The position numbers and the translations under genes were made by a program. Below the pieces are notes generated by a model that was given only the letters and a program-made list of their open reading frames with translations, did no database searches and had not been told where the DNA came from. 57,626 bases of DNA from Candidatus Margulisiibacteriota bacterium (GTDB taxonomy: Bacteria; Margulisbacteria; WOR-1; O2-12-FULL-45-9): the NCBI GenBank assembly GCA_034723395.1, contig JAYEOW010000050.1, positions 1-57,626 on the forward strand. Direction: 5' to 3'. Positions within the stretch are counted from its first letter, which is position 1; every line of letters begins with the position of its first letter. Shown here piece after piece: positions 18,845 through 27,362 of the stretch.

Positions 18845-20534
18845 GTTAACAATAAACAATTTTAGGGGTATAAATAAGTTTTCACAGAATTTATTCGATA
18901 AGGATAGTATTTATTTTGTTGGGAGGGGAGATACGGGAAAATCAACAATATTAGATGCGATCTCGCTTGTTTTTTCTCCAAATTCGTATTTACATTTTTA
19001 TGATAGTGATTTTTACAATAGTAACACTAATGATCCAATTGAGATTGAAGTATCTATAGTGGATTTCCCTCAGAAACTGATAACAGAGTTTAAGTATTTT
19101 TCTCATTTGAGAGTAATGGATAAGAATACTGGAAATATATATGATGATATTGAAGTTATTCAAGATATTCCAGATGACTTTGAGAAAGTATTAACGATAA
19201 AATTTGAAGTTAATAAAGACTTGGAAGCTAAGTGGTATGTTATAAGTGATCGACATGAGCCAGTTCAAATGTCACCAAGGGATAGAGGGAGTCTCAATGT
19301 TTATAAAATATCAGATTATATTGACAGGCACTTTTACTGGAGTAAAGGAAGTCCTTTGTATTCACTTTTATTAGATGATGAGGGGGCTGAGGATGTTGTT
19401 AAAGAAAATATTATTGTAGATGTAGTAAGGCAGGTAAAGCAGAAAATTGATGAATGTCCATTTGAAAGTTTTCAGAATGTGACGGCTAAAATCAAAACAC
19501 AGGTTTCAAATTATGGAATAAAAATAGATGATGTAAAAACCTCAATTGATTTTAAGGATATATCAATAAAAGAAGGCCAGGTTTGTTTGCATGATAAAAA
19601 CATTCCTTTTAGGCTAAAGGGTAAAGGGTCGAAAAGGTTAATATCAATTGCAATTCAGGCAGCCCTTGCGCAGAAGAGTGGGATAATTCTCGTGGATGAA
19701 ATAGAGCAAGGTTTAGAACCAGATAGGGTGAAGCAATTAATAAGAACGATTAAAGCTGCTGGACATGGCCAAATGTTTGTTACCACTCACTCGGTAGAAG
19801 CGATTACAGAAATCGATTGTTGTGAACTAGGTGTTTTAAAAAATGACAAAGGAAGTGTGTCTGTTAATTATCCCGATAAGGAGCTTCAGGGCGTCGTGAG
19901 GGCTTGTCCACAAGCTTTTTTTTCTAATAAAATTATTGTTTGTGAGGGAAACACTGAAGTTGGATTATGCAGAGCGTTGGATATCAATAGAAAAGCTAAC
20001 GATAAGGAATATATGGCTTTTTTGGGGTGTGTGTATATTTGTGGTATGGGGGACAACTTTCCCAATTATGCCTTAAAATTAAAATCGCTGGGATTCAATA
20101 CAGCAATTTTGTGTGATTCTGATAAAGATTATTTAAGCCATTCAAAGAAAGAATTGGCCGATAATGGTATTGAAATATATGATTGTGATAAAGAGAAATC
20201 CATAGAGAATCAATTGTTTTGTGATTTGCTATGGAAAGCAGTTGCTGAGTTGATAAAATATAGAGAAGAAACGGATGGGCATACCAAGAATGCAATAGCA
20301 CAGGCAGTTAAATCAAAATATGGGGCAAAATTTCCGGATCAATGGTTGGAAGATGACACTCTCAGAATGAGAACCGCAATAAGCGAAGCATCGGTCGTTA
20401 AGGGGAAAGAGTGGTTTAAAAGAATTGATCATGGGGAATTTCTTGGAAAAAAAATATTTGAGTATAAAGCAGAAATGCTTGAAAAGAGAATAGTAAGAAT
20501 GATGGATGATCTGTCGAAATGGATTGATGAATGA
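18831..20534 (+). CDS. gajA: Gabija GajA-like OLD-family ATPase/TOPRIM nuclease (needs ATA start at 18831)
   Basis: Frame open from ATA 18831: NFRGI, Walker A GRGDTGKST, Walker B LVDEIE, TTHS, TOPRIM CEG..E and DSD. Confidence 0.8.
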   Translation: MKIVRLTINNFRGINKFSQNLFDKDSIYFVGRGDTGKSTILDAISLVFSPNSYLHFYDSDFYNSNTNDPIEIEVSIVDFPQKLITEFKYFSHLRVMDKNTGNIYDDIEVIQDIPDDFEKVLTIKFEVNKDLEAKWYVISDRHEPVQMSPRDRGSLNVYKISDYIDRHFYWSKGSPLYSLLLDDEGAEDVVKENIIVDVVRQVKQKIDECPFESFQNVTAKIKTQVSNYGIKIDDVKTSIDFKDISIKEGQVCLHDKNIPFRLKGKGSKRLISIAIQAALAQKSGIILVDEIEQGLEPDRVKQLIRTIKAAGHGQMFVTTHSVEAITEIDCCELGVLKNDKGSVSVNYPDKELQGVVRACPQAFFSNKIIVCEGNTEVGLCRALDINRKANDKEYMAFLGCVYICGMGDNFPNYALKLKSLGFNTAILCDSDKDYLSHSKKELADNGIEIYDCDKEKSIENQLFCDLLWKAVAELIKYREETDGHTKNAIAQAVKSKYGAKFPDQWLEDDTLRMRTAISEASVVKGKEWFKRIDHGEFLGKKIFEYKAEMLEKRIVRMMDDLSKWIDE

Positions 20535-21947
20535 ATGGATTATCAAGATTTCGTTTTAAAGGAAAAAAGTCTTCTTGTTGCTCCGGCAGGATTTGGCAAA
20601 ACATATACTATAGCGAAATGTCTAGAATTCACACAGGGCAGACAACTTGTTTTGACTCATACGCAAGCGGGAGTAGCTTCGCTTAGGGAAAAGATTAAAT
20701 CAAACGGGATAGATCCAAGAAAATATCGCATTCAAACAATAATGAGTTATGCGCAGAAATATGTTAATGCGTTTTATGTTGGTAAAGATGTCCCTGATCA
20801 GGAGACAAAAGCATATTGGCCCTTTATTCTTGAAAAAGCAACTGCTCTACTACGATTAAAACTTATAACTGATATTATAAAGGCTACATATTGTGGGCTA
20901 TTTGTTGATGAATATCAGGATTGCACTATTTCACAACATAAATTTATAGCTTCGATATCATCTAATATGCCAACACACATATTAGGGGATCCACTTCAGG
21001 GAATATTTGATTTTAATAAAGAGAAACTTGTGATATTTGACGAAGATCTTAAGGATTATATTAAAAACAAAGTTCAATTGACTGAACCACAGAGGTGGAT
21101 GAGGGGGAATAATCTCCGCTTAGGAGAGTGTTTGCATGAGATTAGGGGGAAGTTGGAAAGACGGGAGAACCTTGACCTGGGGGAGTATGATTCAGTTATT
21201 GAGGTTGAAATTGCCGGAGAAAATTCTTCATATATATCTCATAAGAAAATCTGGGATTTAATTGATGGTGAAGATAGTCTACTGATATTACATCCTGATA
21301 GCTTCAGCATTGGTGCAAGATTGAGGATTACAAAAATATATAGGAACTTGATTTATCTAGTTGAGTCAATAGATAGTGGTGATTTCTATAAACTTGCAAA
21401 AATGCTTGACTCGATGTCTATACAAAATGTTGGGAACATTCTAAAAAAAATATCGTATAAGTTATTCAATAGTGGTGAGTTGGATAAGTGGTTTAGTGAA
21501 AGTCCAAAAAAGTATTTCAAAGATAAAACAGTAGATGCTGAGCAAAAAAAAGTTAAGCCTATAAGTGAATTGTTTGGAATATTAAAGGTAAAGACATCCT
21601 TTTCTCTGTTTTCAATGATTTTGCGAGAGATATATAGTCTTGCAAATAAAAAATGTTTCAGAAAGGAGCTGTTTTTTGATCTTTGTACGGCGTTAAACCA
21701 AGCTGATGAGAACACATCTGTTTATAATGCAATGAAAACATTGCGCAACCATAGGCGTATAATGGGGAGAAAAATATACGGAAAATGTATTGGCACAACA
21801 TTATTGACAAAAGGATTAGAGGCTGATGTTGTTGTTGTCTTAGATGCCCATAAGTTTAAGGATCCAAAAAATATTTATGTTGCATTGACGAGGGCCTCGA
21901 AAAAGTTGGTTGTTTATTCTAGAGATAGGGTGTTGTCTCCTTATTAA
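20535..21947 (+). CDS. gajB: Gabija GajB-like UvrD helicase
   Basis: APAGFGKT, FVDEYQD, GDPLQ, TKGLE, YVALTRA; abuts gajA stop. Confidence 0.82.
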   Translation: MDYQDFVLKEKSLLVAPAGFGKTYTIAKCLEFTQGRQLVLTHTQAGVASLREKIKSNGIDPRKYRIQTIMSYAQKYVNAFYVGKDVPDQETKAYWPFILEKATALLRLKLITDIIKATYCGLFVDEYQDCTISQHKFIASISSNMPTHILGDPLQGIFDFNKEKLVIFDEDLKDYIKNKVQLTEPQRWMRGNNLRLGECLHEIRGKLERRENLDLGEYDSVIEVEIAGENSSYISHKKIWDLIDGEDSLLILHPDSFSIGARLRITKIYRNLIYLVESIDSGDFYKLAKMLDSMSIQNVGNILKKISYKLFNSGELDKWFSESPKKYFKDKTVDAEQKKVKPISELFGILKVKTSFSLFSMILREIYSLANKKCFRKELFFDLCTALNQADENTSVYNAMKTLRNHRRIMGRKIYGKCIGTTLLTKGLEADVVVVLDAHKFKDPKNIYVALTRASKKLVVYSRDRVLSPY

Positions 21948-22021
21948 AAATTAACAAAAAAACTAGCCGCCGTTAAGACGGGGTTGTAACAATATGGTTT
22001 TGCGAGGGGAGGTGAAATACT

Positions 22022-22249
22022 ATGGAGCGATATAAAAATCTAAGTGGAAAATCTGGCGTTGCTGCTTTTGAAAATGGAGAGGACAATATTATTGTCCAAT
22101 TTAAAGATGGAGGAAAGTATCTTTATAATAATGCAGTGACTGGAGCAGGGCATATTGTTGAGATGAAGAAACTTGCTATTAGTGGAAGAGGCTTAAACAG
22201 CTATATTAATAGGCATGTTAGAAAAGCATATGCCTCAAAATTAAACTAG
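22022..22249 (+). CDS. Small KTSC-like protein
   Basis: SG..A......I.VQFKDG..YLY...G.GLNSYIN pattern; GGAGGTG SD. Confidence 0.65.
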   Translation: MERYKNLSGKSGVAAFENGEDNIIVQFKDGGKYLYNNAVTGAGHIVEMKKLAISGRGLNSYINRHVRKAYASKLN

Positions 22250-22284
22250 AAATTATCAAAAAAGATATCTAAGGATGGTCAATT

Positions 22285-22605
22285 ATGAGTAAAAATGATA
22301 TTGTTAAGCGTGCGATTGAATTAAAAAAACCAATTTCTTTCCATTATAATAAAGGGGATAAGGTTAGGGGTGAACGGAGAGGGAATCCACATGTTTTATA
22401 TATTAGTCCATCATCGGGGATGTTAATGATTGATGTTTTTCAGACAAGTGGGGTTACGGATACTGGTCCTCTCCCGAAATGGGGCCGATTTCATGTTGAT
22501 TATGTGGATGATCTACGATTATTGGATACGGAACCGTCTTTTGACGTTGCCGACGGCTATGCCCCAGACTCTGATAGATATAGTCAGGCTATAACGAAGA
22601 TTTAA
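22285..22605 (+). CDS. Small hypothetical protein, WYL/Sm-like fold suspected
   Basis: AI......F.Y......R...PH and W..F.VD pattern. Confidence 0.6.
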   Translation: MSKNDIVKRAIELKKPISFHYNKGDKVRGERRGNPHVLYISPSSGMLMIDVFQTSGVTDTGPLPKWGRFHVDYVDDLRLLDTEPSFDVADGYAPDSDRYSQAITKI

Positions 22606-22608
22606 AAA

Positions 22609-22656
22609 GCATGTTAAAAAAACGTATGCCGAAAAATTAAGCTGGATGTTATCAAA
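22609..22656 (+). repeat. Diverged duplicate of the 3' end of the KTSC-like gene
   Basis: gcatgttaaaaaaacgtatgccgaaaaattaagctggatgttatcaaa vs 22213-22260 gcatgttagaaaagcatatgcctcaaaattaaactagaaattatcaaa. Confidence 0.8.
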
Positions 22657-22701
22657 CCAAATAACTGGTTGAATGAAGATGTGATTGGGAGAAGGGATAA
22701 A

Positions 22702-24192
22702 ATGACTATTAAGCTAACGAAAACTGATTATATTTTATACAGAGACTGCCCAAAAAACGTCTGGTATAAGAAGCATAGGCCAGAGATATATAAACTGGTA
22801 AAATTGTCTGATTTTGAAAAAGCACTTATGGAAAGCGGTATTGAAGTTGAACTCGTTGCCAGAAAATTATTTCCGAACGGGGTTTTGATTGATAGCTCAA
22901 ATACAAAAGGACAAGAAGAAACGCAGGAGTATCTTAAACAGAAAAAAGATGTGTTATTTCAGCCAGTCTTTTGTAAGGATGGATATTTAGCCGCTATTGA
23001 TATTCTTAAATATGAACCAGAAACAGGTGTCTATTCAGTCTACGAAGTAAAATCAAAAAGTAGTGTTGATGAAAAAGTTTATTATCATGATTTAGCTTTT
23101 CAAGTAGATTTACTTAGAAGATTCGGCCTAAAAATAAACAAATCATATATTATCCATCTCAATTCTGAATATGTTCGTGCTGGCAAGCTGGATATTGTGC
23201 AATTATTCAAAATTGTTGATGTTAGCGATGAGGTCGAAAGCCTTTCTGGTGACATAGCCAGTGAGATGGCAAAAGCACTAGAATATCTATCTCAAGACTC
23301 AGAACCAGCGGGGTTTTGTTCTTGTGTTTATAAGGGAAGATCAAAACATTGCTCAACTTTTAAGCATGCAAACCCAGAGATCCCCGAATATAGCGTTCAT
23401 GATATAACTCGTATCGGGAACAGTAAAAAAAAGCTCAAGGAATTGATAGATAATAAGGTCTTTTTGCTTGATAATATTCCGGCTCATATGAAGTTGTCAG
23501 AAAATCAACAAAATCAGGTTGATGCCTATGTCCATAATAAAGTTATTATTGATAAAAAAATGATAGCAGAAGAGCTTGGTAAATTAATATTCCCCTTGTA
23601 TTTCCTGGATTATGAAACCTTTAATCCTGCAATCCCAAGATTTGATGGGTTCTCCCCATATAACCAAATACCGTTCCAATACTCTGTTCATGTATTAGAG
23701 ACAATAGATAGCGAACCAAAACACTATGATTTTTTGCATATAGTGACTGACGATCCAAGCAATTTGTTTGCTAAATCTCTACAAACTCACATTGGAGCAA
23801 AAGGGAGCATTGTTGTTTGGTATAAGAGTTTTGAGTGTACAAGAAACAAGGAAATCGCAAAAAGAATCCCTGAGCATAGTGATTTCTTTCGTTCTCTTAA
23901 TGATCGCGTTTATGATCTTATGGATATTTTTAGTAAACAATACTATATACATAAGGGTTTTAAAGGTAGTGCTTCAATAAAGCAGGTTCTTCCAGTCCTT
24001 GTGCCAACATTATCTTACAAGGAACTTACGATACAAGCTGGTACAGAAGCGGGAATAGCTTGGAACAATATTAATGCTGGATTATTGGATGATAATGAGA
24101 AAACAAAAGCAATCAGTGATCTTAAAAAGTATTGTGGGCTTGATACTTTTGCGATGTACTCCATTTGGCTTGTGCTGAGCAAGCTTCGGTAA
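22702..24192 (+). CDS. DUF2779 domain protein (PD-(D/E)xK N-domain plus RNase H-like domain)
   Basis: CPK..W, IDIL...YEVKS...DLAFQ, YFLDYET, PFQYSVH, SIK.VLP, YC.LD. Confidence 0.8.
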   Translation: MTIKLTKTDYILYRDCPKNVWYKKHRPEIYKLVKLSDFEKALMESGIEVELVARKLFPNGVLIDSSNTKGQEETQEYLKQKKDVLFQPVFCKDGYLAAIDILKYEPETGVYSVYEVKSKSSVDEKVYYHDLAFQVDLLRRFGLKINKSYIIHLNSEYVRAGKLDIVQLFKIVDVSDEVESLSGDIASEMAKALEYLSQDSEPAGFCSCVYKGRSKHCSTFKHANPEIPEYSVHDITRIGNSKKKLKELIDNKVFLLDNIPAHMKLSENQQNQVDAYVHNKVIIDKKMIAEELGKLIFPLYFLDYETFNPAIPRFDGFSPYNQIPFQYSVHVLETIDSEPKHYDFLHIVTDDPSNLFAKSLQTHIGAKGSIVVWYKSFECTRNKEIAKRIPEHSDFFRSLNDRVYDLMDIFSKQYYIHKGFKGSASIKQVLPVLVPTLSYKELTIQAGTEAGIAWNNINAGLLDDNEKTKAISDLKKYCGLDTFAMYSIWLVLSKLR

Positions 24193-24292
24193 TCTCGCAC
24201 CACCATCTTTCTCTGTTAATGGAATCATAAGCTTCTTTAGTTGAAGATAGCTTGCCCTATACATACTCGAAGTGTAGAATTTTAAAATCAAC

Positions 24293-24784
24293 ATGAAGAG
24301 GCAAAAAAGACAATATGTAAGAGATGGAAGGGCCCCAATTCCCGAAAAAGAAATAACTTCGCAAATCATGAGCGCGATAAAAGGCAAAAATACGTCTCCG
24401 GAGAAAAAATTAAAGAAAGCACTGATGAAGCTCAGGATTAATGGTCTAAGAACCCATCTAAAAACTTTGCCCGGTGTCCCAGACATTAGCTATCCGAAAG
24501 AAAAAGTTGCTATCTTTGTTAATGGTTGTTTTTGGCACCGCTGTCCGAAATGTAAGCTCAAATTGCCAAAGACCCACAAGTCTTATTGGAAGCGTAAATT
24601 TACTAGAAATGTTGAAAGAGATAAAAAAAATATAAAATTATTGAAAAAAGAAGGTTGGACTGCCAAAACAATCTGGGAATGTGAAATAAAAAAAGATGCT
24701 TTAAAAGTTGCTGAGAGAATTGATAAAGCATTGGCTAAAAAACGATCAAGAGGATATAATACCAGCATCCATGAAAAAGAATGA
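24293..24784 (+). CDS. vsr: Very short patch repair endonuclease
   Basis: MSAIKGKNTSPE, LPG.PD, NGCFWH, IWEC. Confidence 0.92.
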   Translation: MKRQKRQYVRDGRAPIPEKEITSQIMSAIKGKNTSPEKKLKKALMKLRINGLRTHLKTLPGVPDISYPKEKVAIFVNGCFWHRCPKCKLKLPKTHKSYWKRKFTRNVERDKKNIKLLKKEGWTAKTIWECEIKKDALKVAERIDKALAKKRSRGYNTSIHEKE

Positions 24785-25478
24785 TTATAAAGACATTCTA
24801 AAACAAGCTAAAGTATTTTTCAAACAAACAATAGCTGTTAATCATTTGAAGAATTGTGAAAAGGCATCGAAACTCTCTGACTATAATGTTAATCCTTTTT
24901 TGATCAAATATCTGGCTAATTTTCTCCGGGGGGACGAAAAACCAAGAAGCATTGCCGAGGCTTTGGTTTATCCGCGGATACTGGGGACGTCTATCACAAC
25001 ATCTTTTGGTAATAATGTACAAAAATTTATAAGCCAGGTTTTGAAAGGGTTTGGGTCTGCAGTTGGCGGTATTGATATCGAATTTATTGACCATGAAGAT
25101 GGCAGAAAGAAATACGCCCAATTAAAATTAGGGCCAAACTGCATTAACAAGGACGATATTTCAACAATTATAGGGCATTTTAAAAAAGTGAGGAACCTCG
25201 CAAGAACAAACAACTTAAATATTGGAATCGATGATCTCGCAATAGGGGTTTTGTATGGCCGAAGGGAAGAACTTAATTCTTTCTATAAAAAGTTGAATTT
25301 TGATTATCCTGTTTTTGTTGGTGAAACTTTTTGGTACCGGCTTACTGGGCATAGGAAATTTTATTTTGACTTAATTAATATTTTCGGGGAGGTTGCTGTT
25401 GAAGTTGATGGAACAAAGGCGTTGAAAGAAACGATTGATGCCTTGGAAAAAGAAATAAAAATTAGCCCCTCTTTCTAA
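24771..25478 (+). CDS. Type II restriction endonuclease (PmeII/EcoO109I-like)
   Basis: NPFL..YLA, TSITTSFG, GIDIEF, QLK.GPN.IN; lies between vsr and 5mC MTase; start moved to 24771. Confidence 0.7.
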   Translation: MKKNDYKDILKQAKVFFKQTIAVNHLKNCEKASKLSDYNVNPFLIKYLANFLRGDEKPRSIAEALVYPRILGTSITTSFGNNVQKFISQVLKGFGSAVGGIDIEFIDHEDGRKKYAQLKLGPNCINKDDISTIIGHFKKVRNLARTNNLNIGIDDLAIGVLYGRREELNSFYKKLNFDYPVFVGETFWYRLTGHRKFYFDLINIFGEVAVEVDGTKALKETIDALEKEIKISPSF

Positions 25479-25523
25479 CCCTTCCCTGTCCCGAAAAAGG
25501 AAAAGCGTATAAAAAAATAACCC

Positions 25524-25552
25524 TTGCCATATGCATTGGTTATCAGTATAAT
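25524..25552 (+). promoter_or_regulatory. sigma70 promoter giving a leaderless MTase transcript
   Basis: TTGCCA-17 nt-TATAAT, 6 nt before ATG 25559. Confidence 0.7.
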
Positions 25553-25558
25553 AGCTTT

Positions 25559-26797
25559 ATGAAAAAGAATGTGGTGACGGTAGCTGATGCCGCAGAATTG
25601 CTAGATGTTTCCGTTGATACTATTCGAAGATGGGAAAAAAAGGGCTTAATTAAGTCAAAACGGTCCGACCACAATTATAGGCTTTTCAACCTCCAAGAAA
25701 TTAAGCGTATCTTAAAAAGGAACGATCCTTCTTCCGGAAAAAGTAAATATAGGATCCTTAGGGCAAGAAATAGAACAAATTATTCTGTTATTGATTTGTT
25801 CTCGGGCGCTGGCGGAACTGCTCTTGGCTTTGAAAATGCCGGCTTAAACCATGTTTTTTTGAATGAGATTAATAAGGATGCTATTAGTTCGCTTCGGCTA
25901 AATAAGCCGCGCTGGAAGGTTAATGGTGGTGATATCTCTGAAATTTCATTCAAAGGGATGAAGGCTGATATTGTTGAGGGAGGGTTTCCTTGCCAAGCCT
26001 TCAGTTATGCAGGAAACAAATTAGGGTTTGAAGATGCGAGAGGTACTCTGTTTTTCCAGTTTGTCCGTTGTATAAAAGAAGTAAGGCCGAAGATTGCTGT
26101 GGGTGAGAACGTGCGCGGTCTTTTAAGGCATGACAATGGTCGGACATTAAAATCAATGGTTAGCATCCTAAATGATATTGGATACAAAGTTGTTTACAGG
26201 GTACTAAGATCACAGTACCTTGATGTGCCCCAAAAACGTGAAAGGCTAATTATGTTTGCCTTAAGAAGAGATTTGGATCCTATTTTTGTTTTCCCAAAAG
26301 AAAAAGATTATATAGTGACTTTAGGAGAAGCATTAAAGAATTGTCCAGGGTCTCCGAGCCAAAAATATCCTGTAGGTAAAAAGAAAATTCTGTCATTAGT
26401 TCCTCCTGGCGGTTATTGGAAAGACTTGCCCAAAAAATTGCAGAAAAAATATATGGGCGCTAGTTTTTATATGGGAGGGGGCAAAACTGGAATGGCAAGA
26501 AGGCTTTCATGGGATGAGCCATCCCTTACGCTGACCTGTAGCCCTGCTCAGAAACAAACGGAACGATGTCACCCCGAAGAGACAAGACCCCTTTCTGTGA
26601 GAGAATATGCAAGAATACAAACTTTTCCTGACAGTTGGGAATTTGTTGGATCGACAGCATCACAATATAAGCAAATAGGGAATGCTGTGCCAGTTAATTT
26701 GGGCTACCATATAGCAAAGGCTGTTATTGCGATGCTTGATGGTATATACGATTCGAAATTAGTGGATATTGTTGATTCAAGAGGAAGAGTGAATTAG
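25559..26797 (+). CDS. dcm: DNA (cytosine-5)-methyltransferase with N-terminal MerR-like HTH
   Basis: DLFSGAGG, GFPCQ, ENV, Q.RER, GNAV; TRD like GGNCC-type enzymes (Sau96I/Eco47II); N-terminal AAELLDVSVDTIRRWE. Confidence 0.92.
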   Translation: MKKNVVTVADAAELLDVSVDTIRRWEKKGLIKSKRSDHNYRLFNLQEIKRILKRNDPSSGKSKYRILRARNRTNYSVIDLFSGAGGTALGFENAGLNHVFLNEINKDAISSLRLNKPRWKVNGGDISEISFKGMKADIVEGGFPCQAFSYAGNKLGFEDARGTLFFQFVRCIKEVRPKIAVGENVRGLLRHDNGRTLKSMVSILNDIGYKVVYRVLRSQYLDVPQKRERLIMFALRRDLDPIFVFPKEKDYIVTLGEALKNCPGSPSQKYPVGKKKILSLVPPGGYWKDLPKKLQKKYMGASFYMGGGKTGMARRLSWDEPSLTLTCSPAQKQTERCHPEETRPLSVREYARIQTFPDSWEFVGSTASQYKQIGNAVPVNLGYHIAKAVIAMLDGIYDSKLVDIVDSRGRVN

Positions 26798-26835
26798 CAC
26801 CGCTTTTTGGTTTTTCAGCGAGCACCATTTATTAG

Positions 26836-27042
26836 AGCGGGGCTAAACTAGAACTCCTAACCAAACAAGAAGTCGCAAAACTGCTAAAAGTTAATCCAAG
26901 AACCATTACCCACTTAACTTCTACAAGGCGAATCCCTTTTGTAAAAGGCATTGGCAAAGAACACCGCTATCTAAGAAGCTCCATAATTGAGTGGCTCAAA
27001 CAACGTGAAGTTAAGCCGCTGAATGATTATGTTGATCTCTAA
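26836..27042 (+). pseudogene. 5'-truncated excisionase-like HTH_17 protein
   Basis: LLTKQEVAKLLKVNPRTI...RIPFVKGIGKEHRY.RSSIIEWL; in-frame TAG at 26833 and no start codon; absent from ORF track. Confidence 0.7.
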
Positions 27043-27097
27043 TTAAAAACCGCCCCGGAAAAAAGAGCACTAAAAAGTAATCTTTTTAAAATTACGT

Positions 27098-27131
27098 GTC
27101 CCGAGCCTGGTTCCCCCGAGCTTGTCGAGGG
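27098..27131 (+). repeat. 34-bp nested REP-like unit, identical copy at 28530-28563
   Basis: GTCCCGAGCCTGGTTCCCCCGAGCTTGTCGAGGG in both places. Confidence 0.9.
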
Positions 27132-27235
27132 AGAGTCGAAGGGTTATCTTGGAGCCTTAAGATTCATCTTCTTACAACCGTGAATATTGTTCGGTAAGAT
27201 TAATTTAATAGTTCGTTGGGGAAACGCGGACTCCA
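27124..27235 (-). repeat. Right long inverted repeat (IR-R)
   Basis: Reverse complement of 8251-8362. Confidence 0.95.
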
Positions 27236-27248
27236 GTCTATTAATATT

Positions 27249-27287
27249 ACAAACCGCCGCATTATCAAAATGGGCGGCTTTGTTTTT
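27249..27287 (+). terminator. Rho-independent terminator outside right inverted repeat
   Basis: CCGCC(G)CATT/AATGGGCGG stem followed by CTTTGTTTTT. Confidence 0.55.
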
Positions 27288-27362
27288 AGGGGGTGGCCGG
27301 CGGCATTTTTTTGGGTGGCGGCTTAAGAAATAGAAGGTGAAATCACTATATTTACTACTGTT

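Larger units (their letters stand above)
8251..27235. mobile_element. 19-kb segment bounded by long inverted repeats
   Basis: IRs with TG...CA ends; mobile/defence cargo; no TSD and no intact transposase seen. Confidence 0.55.

Noticed and set aside
8251..27235. Tn7/Mu-like transposon call from TG...CA ends
   Set aside because: No 5-bp TSD (GAGGA vs GTCTA) and no DDE transposase inside
27160..27235. tRNA gene or exact tmRNA 3' duplication (ends GTTCG...CTCCA)
   Set aside because: No cloverleaf or T-stem pairing; spacing differs from both tRNA and the tmRNA end
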